This document shows positions 41,700-54,339 of a DNA stretch of 64,000 nt, piece by piece. Under the pieces are notes generated by a model. It was given only the letters and a program-made list of their open reading frames with translations. It was not told where the DNA came from and made no database searches. A program made the translations under genes and the position numbers. Every line of letters begins with the position of its first letter. Within the stretch, counting starts at the first letter, position 1. This DNA is from Octopus sinensis (lineage: Eukaryota). The stretch lies in NCBI RefSeq assembly GCF_006345805.1, contig NC_042998.1, positions 103,974,001-104,038,000 on the forward strand. Direction: 5' to 3'.

Positions 41700-42290
41700 A
41701 TGTGCATGGTATAGTGTGTAGAGTATTGCATTAATCATCGTCAGATTGTAGTTTCGAATCCTGGACCGAACGATGCATTGTGTTATTAAGCAAATCATTT
41801 CCTTTCACGTTGGTCCTGTCCACTCAGCTGGCAAAATGAGTAATCCTGCGACAGATCGGCTTCCTGTCATGCGGAGCCAGAATATATACATCACAAGATC
41901 CGGGAAATCGGCCTTATACGTCTATGGGTCGGGACGGAACTTTGATCCATTTTTTTTTCTTTTGATACTATCTAGATATTGTGGGGGCACATGGCCTAGT
42001 GCTTAGGGCATTGTACTCACGATCGCGAGATCATGGTTTCAATTCCTAGAGGGGGTGGTGCATTGCATTCTTGAGCAAAACACATCTCTCACGTTGCTTT
42101 GCGATAACTTCGACACCTGACGTGTAGTACAGTGTGTACCTGTTCAGGCAACGTCGATTTGATGGAGAGTGAGTTAATATGCGGCACGAATATTTGCTCA
42201 TTGTCAGCAAATCTTTTGTGCGGGTCGTACGGTAAACGCTGAACGCTCATACGTCGTCTTCGAGGGGAGAGTCCATCATATATTGTACAT
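41700..42290 (+). mobile_element. Two adjacent SINE family C copies
   Basis: Heads at about 41705 (ggtatagtg..tttcgaatcc) and 41990 (ggcctagtg..tttcaattcc), each followed by gcaaa..cacgttg. Confidence 0.7.
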
Positions 42291-42399
42291 ATGATATTAA
42301 TATTATGCTAATAAAATATTTGCAAAATACTAGTAGAATATTGATGCTTTACGTACATAATATAAATAGGATAAAAGTATAATGCATGTATAGGGTAAA

Positions 42400-42898
<499 letters not shown>

Positions 42899-43099
42899 AG
42901 AAAATGGAGGAATATATTTTAATCAATCATCAACTACCAGATAATACCAATTCACATAATTTATTAACCAACTACATAGGAACATCCAGATCAAACACAA
43001 TAATAATAATAATAATAATACAGAACAAAATAGTACACATCAATGAGTAATAGGATACCATAAGTACAATACGTATAAATAAATATAAATATAAACTAG

Positions 43100-43226
43100 A
43101 TCTTACAGCTGTTTCAGCCATGTAGGTAAGAGTATCTCATTATGCTCATATTAGCCAGATGTGTTAAGGTAATATGTGGTTATAAATGAGATACTTACAT
43201 ATATATCTCAAGGCTTCTTCAGAGAT
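43100..43226 (-). ncRNA. Type I hammerhead ribozyme with fully canonical core
   Basis: Minus strand: helix I ATCT/AGAT, CTGAAGA, helix II AGCC...GGCT extended by an 11-bp AGTATCTCATT/AATGAGATACT helix, GAAAC, palindromic helix III ACAGCTGT, GTA triplet. Confidence 0.8.
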
Positions 43227-43473
43227 TATAAAGTACAATTCAAATATGGATATTAGAGAAGGTACACATATACAAGAATAAGTACATATACATACATACA
43301 CGTACATATAAGTGTAAATACACATGCACCTAGATATATATAAGTATATATATAATAATATACATACACATAAGGTTAAAGTTAGTCAAATCAAAAAATT
43401 AGAATATACATACATACACATGAAAGTGTACATATACAAAGTCCAGAGTTCATTGTATTAAGTTACAAAAGGC

Positions 43474-43548
<75 letters not shown>

Positions 43549-43796
43549 ATAATAATAATACCAGTAAAAGAATATGTGCATTCCGCCATTCACAATACAT
43601 AGTAGATGGAAAATATCACATAGAATACAGCAACAGCATAATATAATAATATAATACAATACAATACATAATAGCTCAACAAACACATATATAAAAAAAA
43701 ATTCCTTTACATCATAGAAAAACCAAAAGTGTGCATGCGTATACATGCATACAAATCAAAGTTGGGACGGTGATTGATATTTATTATCAGGTTTGC

Positions 43797-44032
43797 AAAT
43801 AATTTAAGATTTAAAGCTCAATACGATTGGTTGGCACATTTGAACTTCCATTGTCTGAGTAACGGTTGGTTGGTTAAGATACACTTACATACATACACAT
43901 ATATATGCGCGCATACACATGCACACATAAACATAAGCACAGAAATACAAGCTTTCATGCACACAAACATGCGTACATACATAATTCAAATGTGCCAACC
44001 AATCGTATTGAGCTTTAAATCTTAAATTATTT
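43797..44032. repeat. Perfect 48-bp inverted repeat, 140-bp spacer
   Basis: 43797-43844 equals the reverse complement of 43985-44032. Confidence 0.95.
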
Positions 44033-44064
44033 AAACAACAACAACAACAACAACAACGACGACA

Positions 44065-44200
44065 AAAAATACCTTAGGCATGAGAATCCAGGTTCGAAAT
44101 TTCCCCAGGACACCTGATAAAGGCTGGAGGGTATATCAGCCAAAACGTGTCAACAACAAGCAAGATGAGGACAAATATCCGTCACATGTAAATAATATAG
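44065..44200 (+). mobile_element. Short Penelope-associated repeat with inactivated hammerhead
   Basis: CAC CTGATAA A GGCTGG..TCAGCC AAAAC GTG (44111-44149): 6-bp helix II intact, G8A and G12A. Confidence 0.55.
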
Positions 44201-44439
44201 AGAAAGTAAAATCGGAAGAAATGCTGCTAATAAATTTTGTCCGACGTGGTAGCGACTGGACCAGTTCGTCGCCTTAATAGTTGGTGTAGCTTTGACCAAA
44301 TGTTGATAGAATGCTGGTATGATGTTAGTATCACAATATCGACCAGACGGTTGGATGATGTTTTTCATTGTTGGTCACAATGCGCTTCGCATTATTTTAG
44401 CTTTTGAATGACGCCATCCCATTGGCTAGGCGAGTAGGC

Positions 44440-44615
44440 CAACATTACCCTTGATCCGAAGGCTATTCCGTCAGAGGGTTACCTATCTATAGCTGAGAGG
44501 ATTGAAACGACGTGAAATTAAGTGTTTTGCTCGAGAACACAACACGCGCTGCCCTACCAGGAATCGAACCCTGATCTAGCGATCGTGAGCGCAATACAAC
44601 TAGCCACGTGCCAAT
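44440..44615 (-). mobile_element. SINE family C, degenerate
   Basis: acgtgaaattaagtgttttgctcgagaacacaacacg..ggaatcgaacc. Confidence 0.7.
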
Positions 44616-45667
44616 CATACTATTAATATAATAGTTCATAATATATCAGAATTAAGACAAGTACTGGAGAGAATGTATTGCTTTATTTACTTGCATCTCA
44701 AGTTCTACATTCAAAGTTCACCTACACATCCTCAAAATATATTCACACGTGCGCCAAAGAGAGAGTGGGGAGAGAGACAGAGAGATAGAGACAAGGAGAC
44801 AGGGAGACAGAAACATTCAGAAACTTAAACACACGTATGCCCTACACAAACCGTTGAATTGCGAACATATGATCGTGGCCATGTATAAGTGTATACGCGT
44901 ATTTAAAATGTGTTTTACGTTTTTGTGTTTTTCTCTGTGTGTATTTATATGTGCCTGTGTGCGTGAGTGTGTTTACACACGTCTATGTATTTACGTGTCT
45001 GTGAGTGCGAGTATGTATGAAGAAAAAGAAAATATATCTATGCCATAAGTATGCATATACGACATAGAAACATACACACATATATATTCTGGTTTGTTGA
45101 TGGTGACTAGCTATCTCATTTGCATGAGTGTTAATAAATTCGAATAAGCTATCACGTTTCTCTGAAAATATCTTCTGTGTATTTCTGAGCTCATGCTAAT
45201 AGTATCGTTTGATGTCGCTTGTTTATTGAAACCTATGCATTTATGCCAGCAATCTAAGGATATGATTGGATAATTATGAATTATTACTAAGCTCTCGTTG
45301 ATAATTTGCCATACGTAAAGTTACACCAGTATATCTCACACTCGCGATCGATATAGGCAGTATCGTTATGTGGTCATAGTATGCGGGGTGTGTATCTGTT
45401 CGTATCCGAGTATTATGGGACTTTAGAAGTATATGATATGTTCTGTACGTGTGTGTATGTATGAAAATATATAGGCAATGATGTTTGTATATCTATCTAT
45501 CTATCTATCTAACCATCTATCCATGTTTATATATATATATATAATATATATATATAATATATATATACATATATATATATGTGTATATATATATATATAT
45601 ATATAAGAGTATATGTGTGTGTGTGTGACTATTCATGCACATATGCATATGTGAGCTTGCATATATA

Positions 45668-45900
45668 TCTATATATAAAACTGAGAATGTGTGTCTGTTT
45701 CTGTCTGTCTGTGTGAATCCCTAAAACTTAAGAACTACAGAACCAATTTCATTCAAATTTTATACATGCCTTACTTAGGGTCCATGTAGTGTCATGGGCA
45801 AAAAATGTTTGACTTATTGCCTAGTGCGATCCCACAGCAATATCACATCTTCTCCACTATTTCAGTATACGTGTTAAAAGTGAAACAAAAGCATCTCTCT
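45668..45900 (+). mobile_element. Non-autonomous Helitron/HINE-like element, 5' part
   Basis: Starts TCtatatataaaa, followed by (CTGT)n and aaccaatttcattcaaatttt, resembling DINE-1/Lep1-like architecture; no 3' hairpin-CTRR found. Confidence 0.5.
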
Positions 45901-45925
45901 ATTGTATGTATATGGATGTATATAT

Positions 45926-46033
<108 letters not shown>

Positions 46034-46295
46034 GTGTATATATATATATATATAGATGTATACGTATACATGTGTATGTATAGCTGTAAATGTATACATG
46101 TATATATATATATATAGATGTATACGTATACATGTGTATGTATAGCTGTAAATGTATACATGTATATGTAAACATGTATGTCTAGATGTATATATAGATG
46201 TACATGTAATATGTACATATATATACACGCATAGCTATATAAACCCATACACACACACACCGATCCACCACCACCCCACACACACACAAATACAT

Positions 46296-46610
46296 AGGTG
46301 CAGGTGTGGCTGTGTGGTAACAAACTTGGTTCCAAATCACATGGTCCTCAGTTCAGTCCCACTGTGTGGTATCTTGGTATGTCTTCTGCTATATCCTCAG
46401 ACCAACCAAAGCCTTGTCAGTGGATTTTGTAGAGAGAAACTGAAAGAAATTAATTGTATGTATATGTATGAATATATGTAAGTCTATGTGTGTGTCTTTG
46501 TGTTTCTCCTTCATCACTGCTTCACAACTGGTGTTCGTTTATTTACATCCCCATATCTTACGGGTTTCACAAGCAGAAACTGATAGAATAAGTACCAGGC
46601 TTATCAAAAT
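46296..46610 (+). mobile_element. SINE family A, diverged
   Basis: aggtgcaggtgtggctgtgtggtaa..agttcagtcccactg..gatagaataagtaccaggctt. Confidence 0.8.
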
Positions 46611-46789
46611 ATAAAAAAAGCACTATGCAGTGTCTCATATTTTTGTTTGCCCACTCAGTTGTATCTATCAATTTATCTTTGTGTGTGTGTGTGTGTATAC
46701 ATACATACATACATATATATGTGTGGATTTCGTGGACAGGAACTGAAACGAATCAATCGTATATATATGTATATATGTAAGTGTATGTG

Positions 46790-48225
46790 TTTTGGTATTG
46801 GCAACATGAATGACAATGGTCAGAGACTACTTGAATTTTGCACTTACCATAACCTGTGCATCGCCAACGCATTCTTTACCAACAAGATATCCTACAAGGC
46901 ATCTTGGAGACATCTAAGATCTCACCACTGGCATCAGCTGGATCTCATTATTAGACGAAGATCCTTTCTGAATTCTGCTCAACTGACCCGTAGTTACCAC
47001 AGCGTGGATTGTGACACAGATTATTCACTAATAAGAAGCAGGGTGACGATTCTGCCTAAAAAAGTCCATCACTCCAAGAAAATGGGCCGACCACGCATAA
47101 CACTGGCAGAACCTCGGACCCTACACTGCGACAATGTTTTGCTGTTTCTATCAAGGTTGCCCTCAGTAGCTACCCAACCTCCTCTGCTGAAAGTAGGTGG
47201 AATTATATCAGGGAAGCTTTGTATACCACATCAATAGATACTTTCGGCATGAGAGAAAGGCAAAACCCAGATTTTGTTCCGTGCTGGGCTCTCAGAGCTG
47301 GAAACAGTCATTGAAGCAAAGCGTACATCTCTGATGCAATACAAGAGTGATTCTTCTACAAAGTCACTCGAAGATCTCAGAAAGGCAAGAAATAAAACCC
47401 GACTGACTGCCAGACGCTGTGCAAATAGTTATTGGCAGGAAATCTGTCAGAGTATCAAGTCACCTGTCCTGGGATGTATGCCGGTTTGAAGAAGGCCCTC
47501 GGCCCATCTGCAACCAAGTCAGTCCCTCTGAAATCAACTACTGGAGATCTCATCAAGGACCAAAGCAAGCAAATGGATAGATGGGTGGAGTACTACCAGG
47601 ATCTGTACTCACGGGGTCCACAGTAGCTGAGGCTGCAATCGAGGGTGTCAAGATCTTGCCAGTCATGTATGAACTTGACAGTCTGCCATCTATAGCAGAG
47701 CTCACCAAAGCAATTGACTCTATAGCAAGTAACAAGGCTCCGGGAAAAGACGGCATCCCCTTAGAGATCATCAAAACCGGCAAAAACACCATCCTGCCTC
47801 GGCACCTTCATGAGCTTCTATGTCAGTGCTGGGAAGAGAATACAGTCCCTCAGGATATGCAGGATGCTAACATCATTACACTTTACAAAAAAAAAGGTGA
47901 CCGTGGTGATTGTAACAATTACCGTGGAATATCTCTTCTAAGCACTGTTGGAAAGTCCTTTGCTCACATTATCCTGTCCAGGCTACAACTGCTTGCTTCT
48001 TGAATTTACCCAGAATCGCAGTGTGGCTTTAAAAGAAGCAGATCAACTATTGACATAATATTCTCTATACGCCAACTTCAGGAGAAGTCCAGAGAGCAGA
48101 AAATGCCGTTATATATGGCCTTCATTGATCAGACAAAGGCCTTTGACTTGGTAAGTAGAAAAGGCCTATTCATCCTGCTCCAAAAATTCGGATGTCCAGC
48201 AAAGCAGCTACGGATCATCAGAGCT
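46790..48225 (+). mobile_element. RTE-clade LINE fragment (APE C-terminus and RT N-terminus), pseudogenised
   Basis: GNMNDNGQRLLEFC..HWHQLDLI..DCDTD; KAPGKDGIP..DCNNYRGISLLS..PESQCGF..MAFIDQTKAFDLV. Confidence 0.92.
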
Positions 48226-48226
48226 C

Positions 48227-48293
48227 GCCATAGCGCTGACTGTCCAAGGCTACGACCCTCACAGTCAGCGCTATGGCTTGGCTTGGCTTGGCT
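48227..48293 (+). other. Perfect 17-bp stem, 17-nt loop hairpin followed by (TTGGC)3
   Basis: gccatagcgctgactgt (48227-48243) / acagtcagcgctatggc (48261-48277). Confidence 0.9.
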
Positions 48294-48316
48294 AAAGAAA
48301 GAAAGAAAGAAAGGAA

Positions 48317-48374
<58 letters not shown>

Positions 48375-48409
48375 AATTATATATATAGAGAGAGAACTAT
48401 GGCGCGAAG

Positions 48410-48670
48410 GCAGCATAAAAAAACAACCCTTCCTCAGTTGTTGGCAGTTTTACCTACTCCGCATTGCGAGCATTGCAACGAGATGCGTCTTCGTCACAGC
48501 AATTGCTCCCCCAAAGCAAATTAAATAAAATTTGAGATACATGGAACGTCAAAGCTGGTAACAAAAACAGGACAGTGAAAACATTCGCTAAGGGCTGTTT
48601 AACCCTAACGAGGTGAAGTGGTGAACGCTGGAGAAAAAAAGTTTTGCAAGAGACAGACAAGAATGCGTCT
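48410..48670 (-). mobile_element. Retroelement tail related to 11840-12360
   Basis: Shared blocks and RNAE* ending. Confidence 0.45.
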
Positions 48671-49239
48671 TATAGTTATAAACTGAACGAGAAGAAAAAG
48701 AATTACATTTAGAAATAGAGATCTATAATTACTGAGGACAGAATTTCAGTTAGAAATAGAGAACTATAAATATTGAATTATGCATAAAGTGGTGGCTTAC
48801 ATTCGGGGCTTCCAATTTCTCTGTAAAATAGAAGATAATCGCAAAAGCATCGCACATGTCACCATCGATTACAAACACCGGTGGAAGATAAAAGTTCCAG
48901 AGGACATTCTTGTTCTTTCATTCGTACAAGGATTGTATTATGTTTCGGCTTAAAATAAATTATAGATACAAATATAATGTACAGAAATATATAAAAACTA
49001 GAATAGAAAATAAACGTCTTAGGCATATAAAATGAGATAACATGAGATATCAAGGTGTTATAAACTTGAAACCTACTAGAATGTCATAGATTATATATAT
49101 CATGTCATCCAATCAGTTCTGTCCAGTTTTACCTTATTTTAGATTTGAATGAAATTTAATAGTATTTTCAAATGTCTAATTCAATTAAAAATTACTTTTA
49201 TGCATTTGTGCACATTTAAACTAATTCAATATTGTTTTA

Positions 49240-49825
49240 CCACAAAGTCTGCGTACATGGAGATTAACTCATACTTTTAAAACAAAACAATTTTATTTAA
49301 TTATAATGTTAATAAATAATATTTTAAAAGTGATTTCCATCATTTTCAATGCATAACTTGATGCGCCTGGCAAAATTCAGTTGAACTTGATTAAATAAGT
49401 CTACATTGCCATCAATTTCAGCACACTGACTGGTAATGCGTTCTCTCATGTGTTTTAAATCTGTAATCTTTATTGAGTAAACTTTCTCTTTCAACATACC
49501 CCAGAAAAAGAAATCAAGGGGAGAAAGGTCTGGTGAACGAGGGGACCATTCCATATGACCCTTTCTTCCAATCCAGTGAGGAAAAGTGTCATTAAGCCAA
49601 TCTCTAACAGTTGTGGCAAAATGGGTAGGGGCCCCATCCTGCTGAAACCAATTCGGAAGGCTCTCGCCTAGGCGCTCAATTTGAGATATTAATTTGTCTC
49701 TCAATATGTTTATATAAGTTTCATGTTCAATGAAGAAGGGTCCTAGAACATGAGCTTTCCACAAACCACACCACACCATCACCTTTTTGCTGCCTTGCTG
49801 TTTGGATGGATCCATCCAATGTGGA
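49240..49825 (-). mobile_element. Tc1/mariner 3' half, rosa/DD41D-like with DD40D spacing; cut at the Penelope boundary
   Basis: Open ORF 49324-49815: KVMVWCGL..WFQQDGAPTH..WIGRKG..WSPRSPDLSPLDFFFWG; 40 residues between the second and third D. The end at 49240 is inferred from a preceding TA. Confidence 0.85.
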
Positions 49826-50425
49826 TTACCTCGAGAAGATTATGTCTCTGCTTGCAGCTGCTCCACCGAACTCATCTCTAGATATCTTGACTGTGTCCTT
49901 GCCCCACCCTAGTAGCTTTCCTCCCCTCTCATACCCATGATACCGACCAGCTCTTCGTTTGTTCAACTCTTTCTCCTTCCTTCCTGGCCCTTCTAAACTT
50001 CTCTTCACTCTTGACATCAAGAGTCTATACAATGCGATGCCTCACCACGAGAGGCTGCGTGCACTCCAACATGTCCTTGATCTTCGACGCAACTCCCAAC
50101 CTTACACATCCACACTCCTTCGTCTGGTTGAACTTGTCCTCTCACTTAACTACTTCTCGTTCGCTGTTGATTATTACCAGCAAATCTAGGGAGTGCCCAT
50201 GGGAACGAGAATAGACCCCAACTATGCGAACCTGTTCGTTGGCTACATTGAGGCCCAAATATTTCCAGTTTAACTGGTGCCACTCCTGAACTATACGGTC
50301 GTTATATTGACGACTGTATCGGTGCGACCTTTTCCTCCTGTGAACATCTAGTAGACTCCTTCTTCTCTTTTGTTAAATTTTTCCATCCTGCTCTCTACCT
50401 CTCCTGCACTATTCCCGACACCTCA

Positions 50426-50520
50426 GTCGCCTTTCTATTGAGAAAGTCGCCTTTCTATTGAGAAAGTCGCCTTTCTATTGAGAAAGTCGCCTTTCTATTG
50501 AGAAAGTCGCCTTTCTCAAT
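50426..50520. repeat. Four 20-bp tandem units, each containing an inverted 10-mer
   Basis: (gtcgcctttctattgagaaa)x4 then gtcgcctttctcaat; attgagaaag is the reverse complement of ctttctcaat. Confidence 0.95.
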
Positions 50521-51700
50521 ATTTCGGTCAGCATACATCATTCCACTCTCACCACCTCCATCCACTACAATCTTACAAACTCACACTCATACCTCAACTT
50601 CTCCTCCCACCCTAAACACACCAAGCTCTCCATCCTCTATTCCAAATTCCTCCATCTACGCTGGCTCTGCAGTGACAACCAAGACTTTGAGACTCAGTCT
50701 CAACTCATGGCTCGCCACTTCATCCTACGTGGATATCCTCTCACCAATATCCACACCGCCCTTGCCAGAGCACGTTCCTTGGACCGTGAATCTGCTCACC
50801 TACCACCCCACCATTCTACCTCTCCAACGCACCATTCTCCGAGCATTCTGGTGACTCCAGTTCGACCCCTCCACTTCGTACATCTTCCTTAACCGACTCC
50901 TCCCCTCATGCAAAACGAGCCCACAACCTATGGGACGTCTTGGTCCACAGGTTCTTCCCTAGCCCAACCTCCCAACCCGGCTCGTCCCCCTTCTCCCGCC
51001 CACGCTGCTGCATTTGCCCTTACCTCTCAAACACCACCTCCCTCACAGGCACCCATCATCGACCCTATCATATCATTGACTCTTTAACCTGCACTTCTAG
51101 CAGCGTCATCTACTGCATCTCCTGTTCTCTCTGTCCTTCTCTATACATCGGTCAAACGGGACGCCGCTTGGCTGACCAATTCGCGGAACACCTCCGAGAC
51201 ATCCGACTCGGCAACGACATCCCGGTCTCGCGCCATTTCCGCTCTACCGGTCACTCTTTACAACACCTATCTGTGTTCGGATTGTCCTTGCACAGAGGCC
51301 ACCCGGACTCCCGTCTTCGCCGTGAGCAGGGATTAATCTTCTCTCTTCGCTCCTTTGCGCCACATAGGCAACTCACTTCCCCCTCTTCATTTAACCCTCG
51401 TCCTCTCTCCTCTCTCCTCTCTTCCTCTCACACCTACTTCCACCCACCCACCTCTCTTCGCTTGCTCTGGCACCTACTTCCCCACTCCAGCTCCTTTCAT
51501 TGTCACCCTTCCTCGTTAACTCACCCCTACACATTCCATCCCCATCATCCCTATACATCCCATCTAATCCCCACCTCATCCCTTTGATCCCACACTTGCT
51601 TCTCCCACTTTTGCCTCCCCTACACCCCAACATCACCACACCACACACCACCACACCACACCACCACACCACCACACCACACACCACCATAACACACCAT

Positions 51701-51946
51701 ATCACACCACCCCGCACACACTAACACTGACCACTTCCCAGTACCACACCAGCGCACACACTAGCACCTACACCATCATCCACACAGCTACACATGCATA
51801 TACGCACACGTCAATATCACACCACATCACACCACCCCGCACACACTAACACTGACCATTTCTCAGTACCACACCAGCGCACACACTAGCACCTACACCA
51901 TCATCCACACAGCTACACATGCATATACGCACACGTCAATATCACC
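51701..51946. repeat. 125-bp tandem duplication
   Basis: atcacaccaccccgcacacactaacactgacc at 51701 and 51826. Confidence 0.9.
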
Positions 51947-52101
51947 AGCCCCCTTCCACACGCACATACACGCTCTCACATACACACGCACGCGCATCTT
52001 CCTTTTGGGATCACCACTACTTTATTATCTCCCTTTCTTCCTAGCTCACCTGTGTGACTCCTCTGTTTGTTTGTTTTGTAAATTCTCACTATATATATAT
52101 A

Positions 52102-52745
52102 CAGGGAGCCGTGAATACATTGCCGTCTAAATTACGCAAAAATGAAAATAACACTGACATTTCATTTAAACAGATATATTTACCAAAATTACATAAAAAT
52201 ATCTTGAAATACTGAAGAGTAAATTTATTCAATACAATCGCCATTGGCTTCAAACACGGCCTGCAAACGACTTCGGAATCTCCTGCAACTATTCTGGACA
52301 GACTCCTTAAGTTGGGAGATGCTGCCATAAACCTTGCCTTCAGTTCATCTTCGGTGTTACAAGGAGCTTTGATGGTCTCTCGCTCAGCTACGCTCCACTC
52401 ATAATAATCAAGGATGTTGTAGTCTGAGATGTTAGGTGGCCAGATGTTACACGTGATGTGTTCGCAGAAACTGTGTGATAGCCATGAAATTGTCTGACAG
52501 CAGAAATTGTCTGACAGCCTGCATGTGTGACATTGTACAGAGTTCTGTTGCGAGACAGAGTCATCCAGCAGCCACTCACTTATCCCAGGGTACCACTAAC
52601 TCCTCTAGACACCTGATGTTGGCATCCAAGATGAGTGTGAAGTCGTGTGGGAAGATGAATGTAGGTAAAACCTCGCCATCACTAGTGATCACTCCAAACA
52701 CCATGATGCTGACTGTATGTTTGACCGAGCAGCACCATTCTAGAA
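52102..52745 (-). mobile_element. maT-like Tc1/mariner 3' fragment
   Basis: IMVFGVITSDG..QQNSVQCH..IWPPNISDYNILDYYEWSV; terminal cagggag preceded by TA. Confidence 0.7.
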
Positions 52746-53186
52746 TAAAAAATGTGTGGCACGTGGATGCAATTATACACTTTAATATATGTCTATATCA
52801 CAAATAAATAATAGCAAGTAAATATATTATTAGATGAAAATACGAAAAGTCTTTAATAAAAAGATTAACTTGGACCACAGGTTTGTGTCATTAATGCAGC
52901 ATGTTAAAAAATATATATATAATGAGTGTGCGCTTGCGTGCGTGTACACACACGTGCGTGCATGTATGTATTTGCGTGTTTATCCACATACTTGTATATA
53001 TGATGCTAATATATCTGGCAACTATAGCAAGAGTTGCAGTTTACGACTTCGTCAGTGTAAATGTTTTCGTAAATTTTGTGTTGGATATGTTTGATTATTT
53101 CCTTGTTTCTTTTTCTATACGAGTTTGTATCTATTTAAAAATGCATATCATCACTGTTTATGTGCAATGCTACACACACACACACA

Positions 53187-53278
<92 letters not shown>

Positions 53279-54073
53279 GCATACACGCAAATGCACACAA
53301 ATAGACACGCGCTTGCGCACGCACGCACACACACAGATGCGCTGAGAAATATTCGGAGCTTAAGAGACTTTGGAAATATAATTGATCCAGTCCTTAAATT
53401 AATATTAAATCTGTAATTATAATTGCCTGGCTATTCGTTGATTATAGAGTATACAGGAGAGATGGAATTTATATACTCTTGTATATGTATGAATGTATGT
53501 ATGAATGTATGTATGTATGTATGTATGTATGTATGTGTGTATGTAGGTATGTATACATGACTTCATGATGCATATGTATGATGCCTGTCATTGCATGAGC
53601 TGATCTAAATATTTTAATTTAAGTCTGTGTAAATATCTATGTTTTTTTGTCTTTTTTGTGTATATGTGCAGTTTAAACTCAAAGATTATTTTATAATATA
53701 TTCACAATTAATTGCTGGCTAGTACTTGCTATTTCTTAATTAGCCGTGTTATTTCCTGTTTTGTTCAACCTGGCTACTTAAGAATGAAACATGAGTATTT
53801 AGATAGACTAACATGTGTCCTAATAATCCCACGCATGAATTTGAAGCCACAATCCAGGCAAATTATCTGCATGATTTCTCAGTCTTTTATTTTTCCTTTA
53901 TCTTTAAGTAAGCAACTAATTTCCACTATTGAGCGTACTTACTTACTTTCTCTTGCTCTCAAGTCATTATTTCAATTCTGTTCTGCATACATATCAGAAA
54001 TTTAGAAAGAAACATTCAACAAGTATTATCTCATATCATGAGGGAACATGGTCTCTGCATCAGTGTTACTCTT

Positions 54074-54124
<51 letters not shown>

Positions 54125-54339
54125 TTTAAGCTCTTGCTTCCACCGAACTGATCGAATATGTTGACCATGACATCATGCCTTAGCATTTGATACTATAGTG
54201 ATACCATTTCGGATAACAGATGTTTATGGGGGTGAGGGTTTCGGTGTGAATTTCACAAAATAGTTTTCACTTCTTGGTGTTTTACTGACGTCTCTTTCCC
54301 TTCTCTACTAATGGTATTATGGTGTCGTTTACTGATCCT

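Larger units (their letters stand above)
49826..52085 (+). mobile_element. Penelope-like element (RT plus GIY-YIG), pseudogenised
   Basis: LFTLDIKSLY..GVPMGT..YANLF..GRYIDD..SVAFL; MARHFILRGYP; VIYCISCSLCPSLYIGQTGRRLADQFAEHLRDI. Confidence 0.92.

Noticed and set aside
53010-53060. Minus-strand CTGACGA-AGT..ACT-GCAAC pattern
   Set aside because: A13C core change, no helix I and no UH site.
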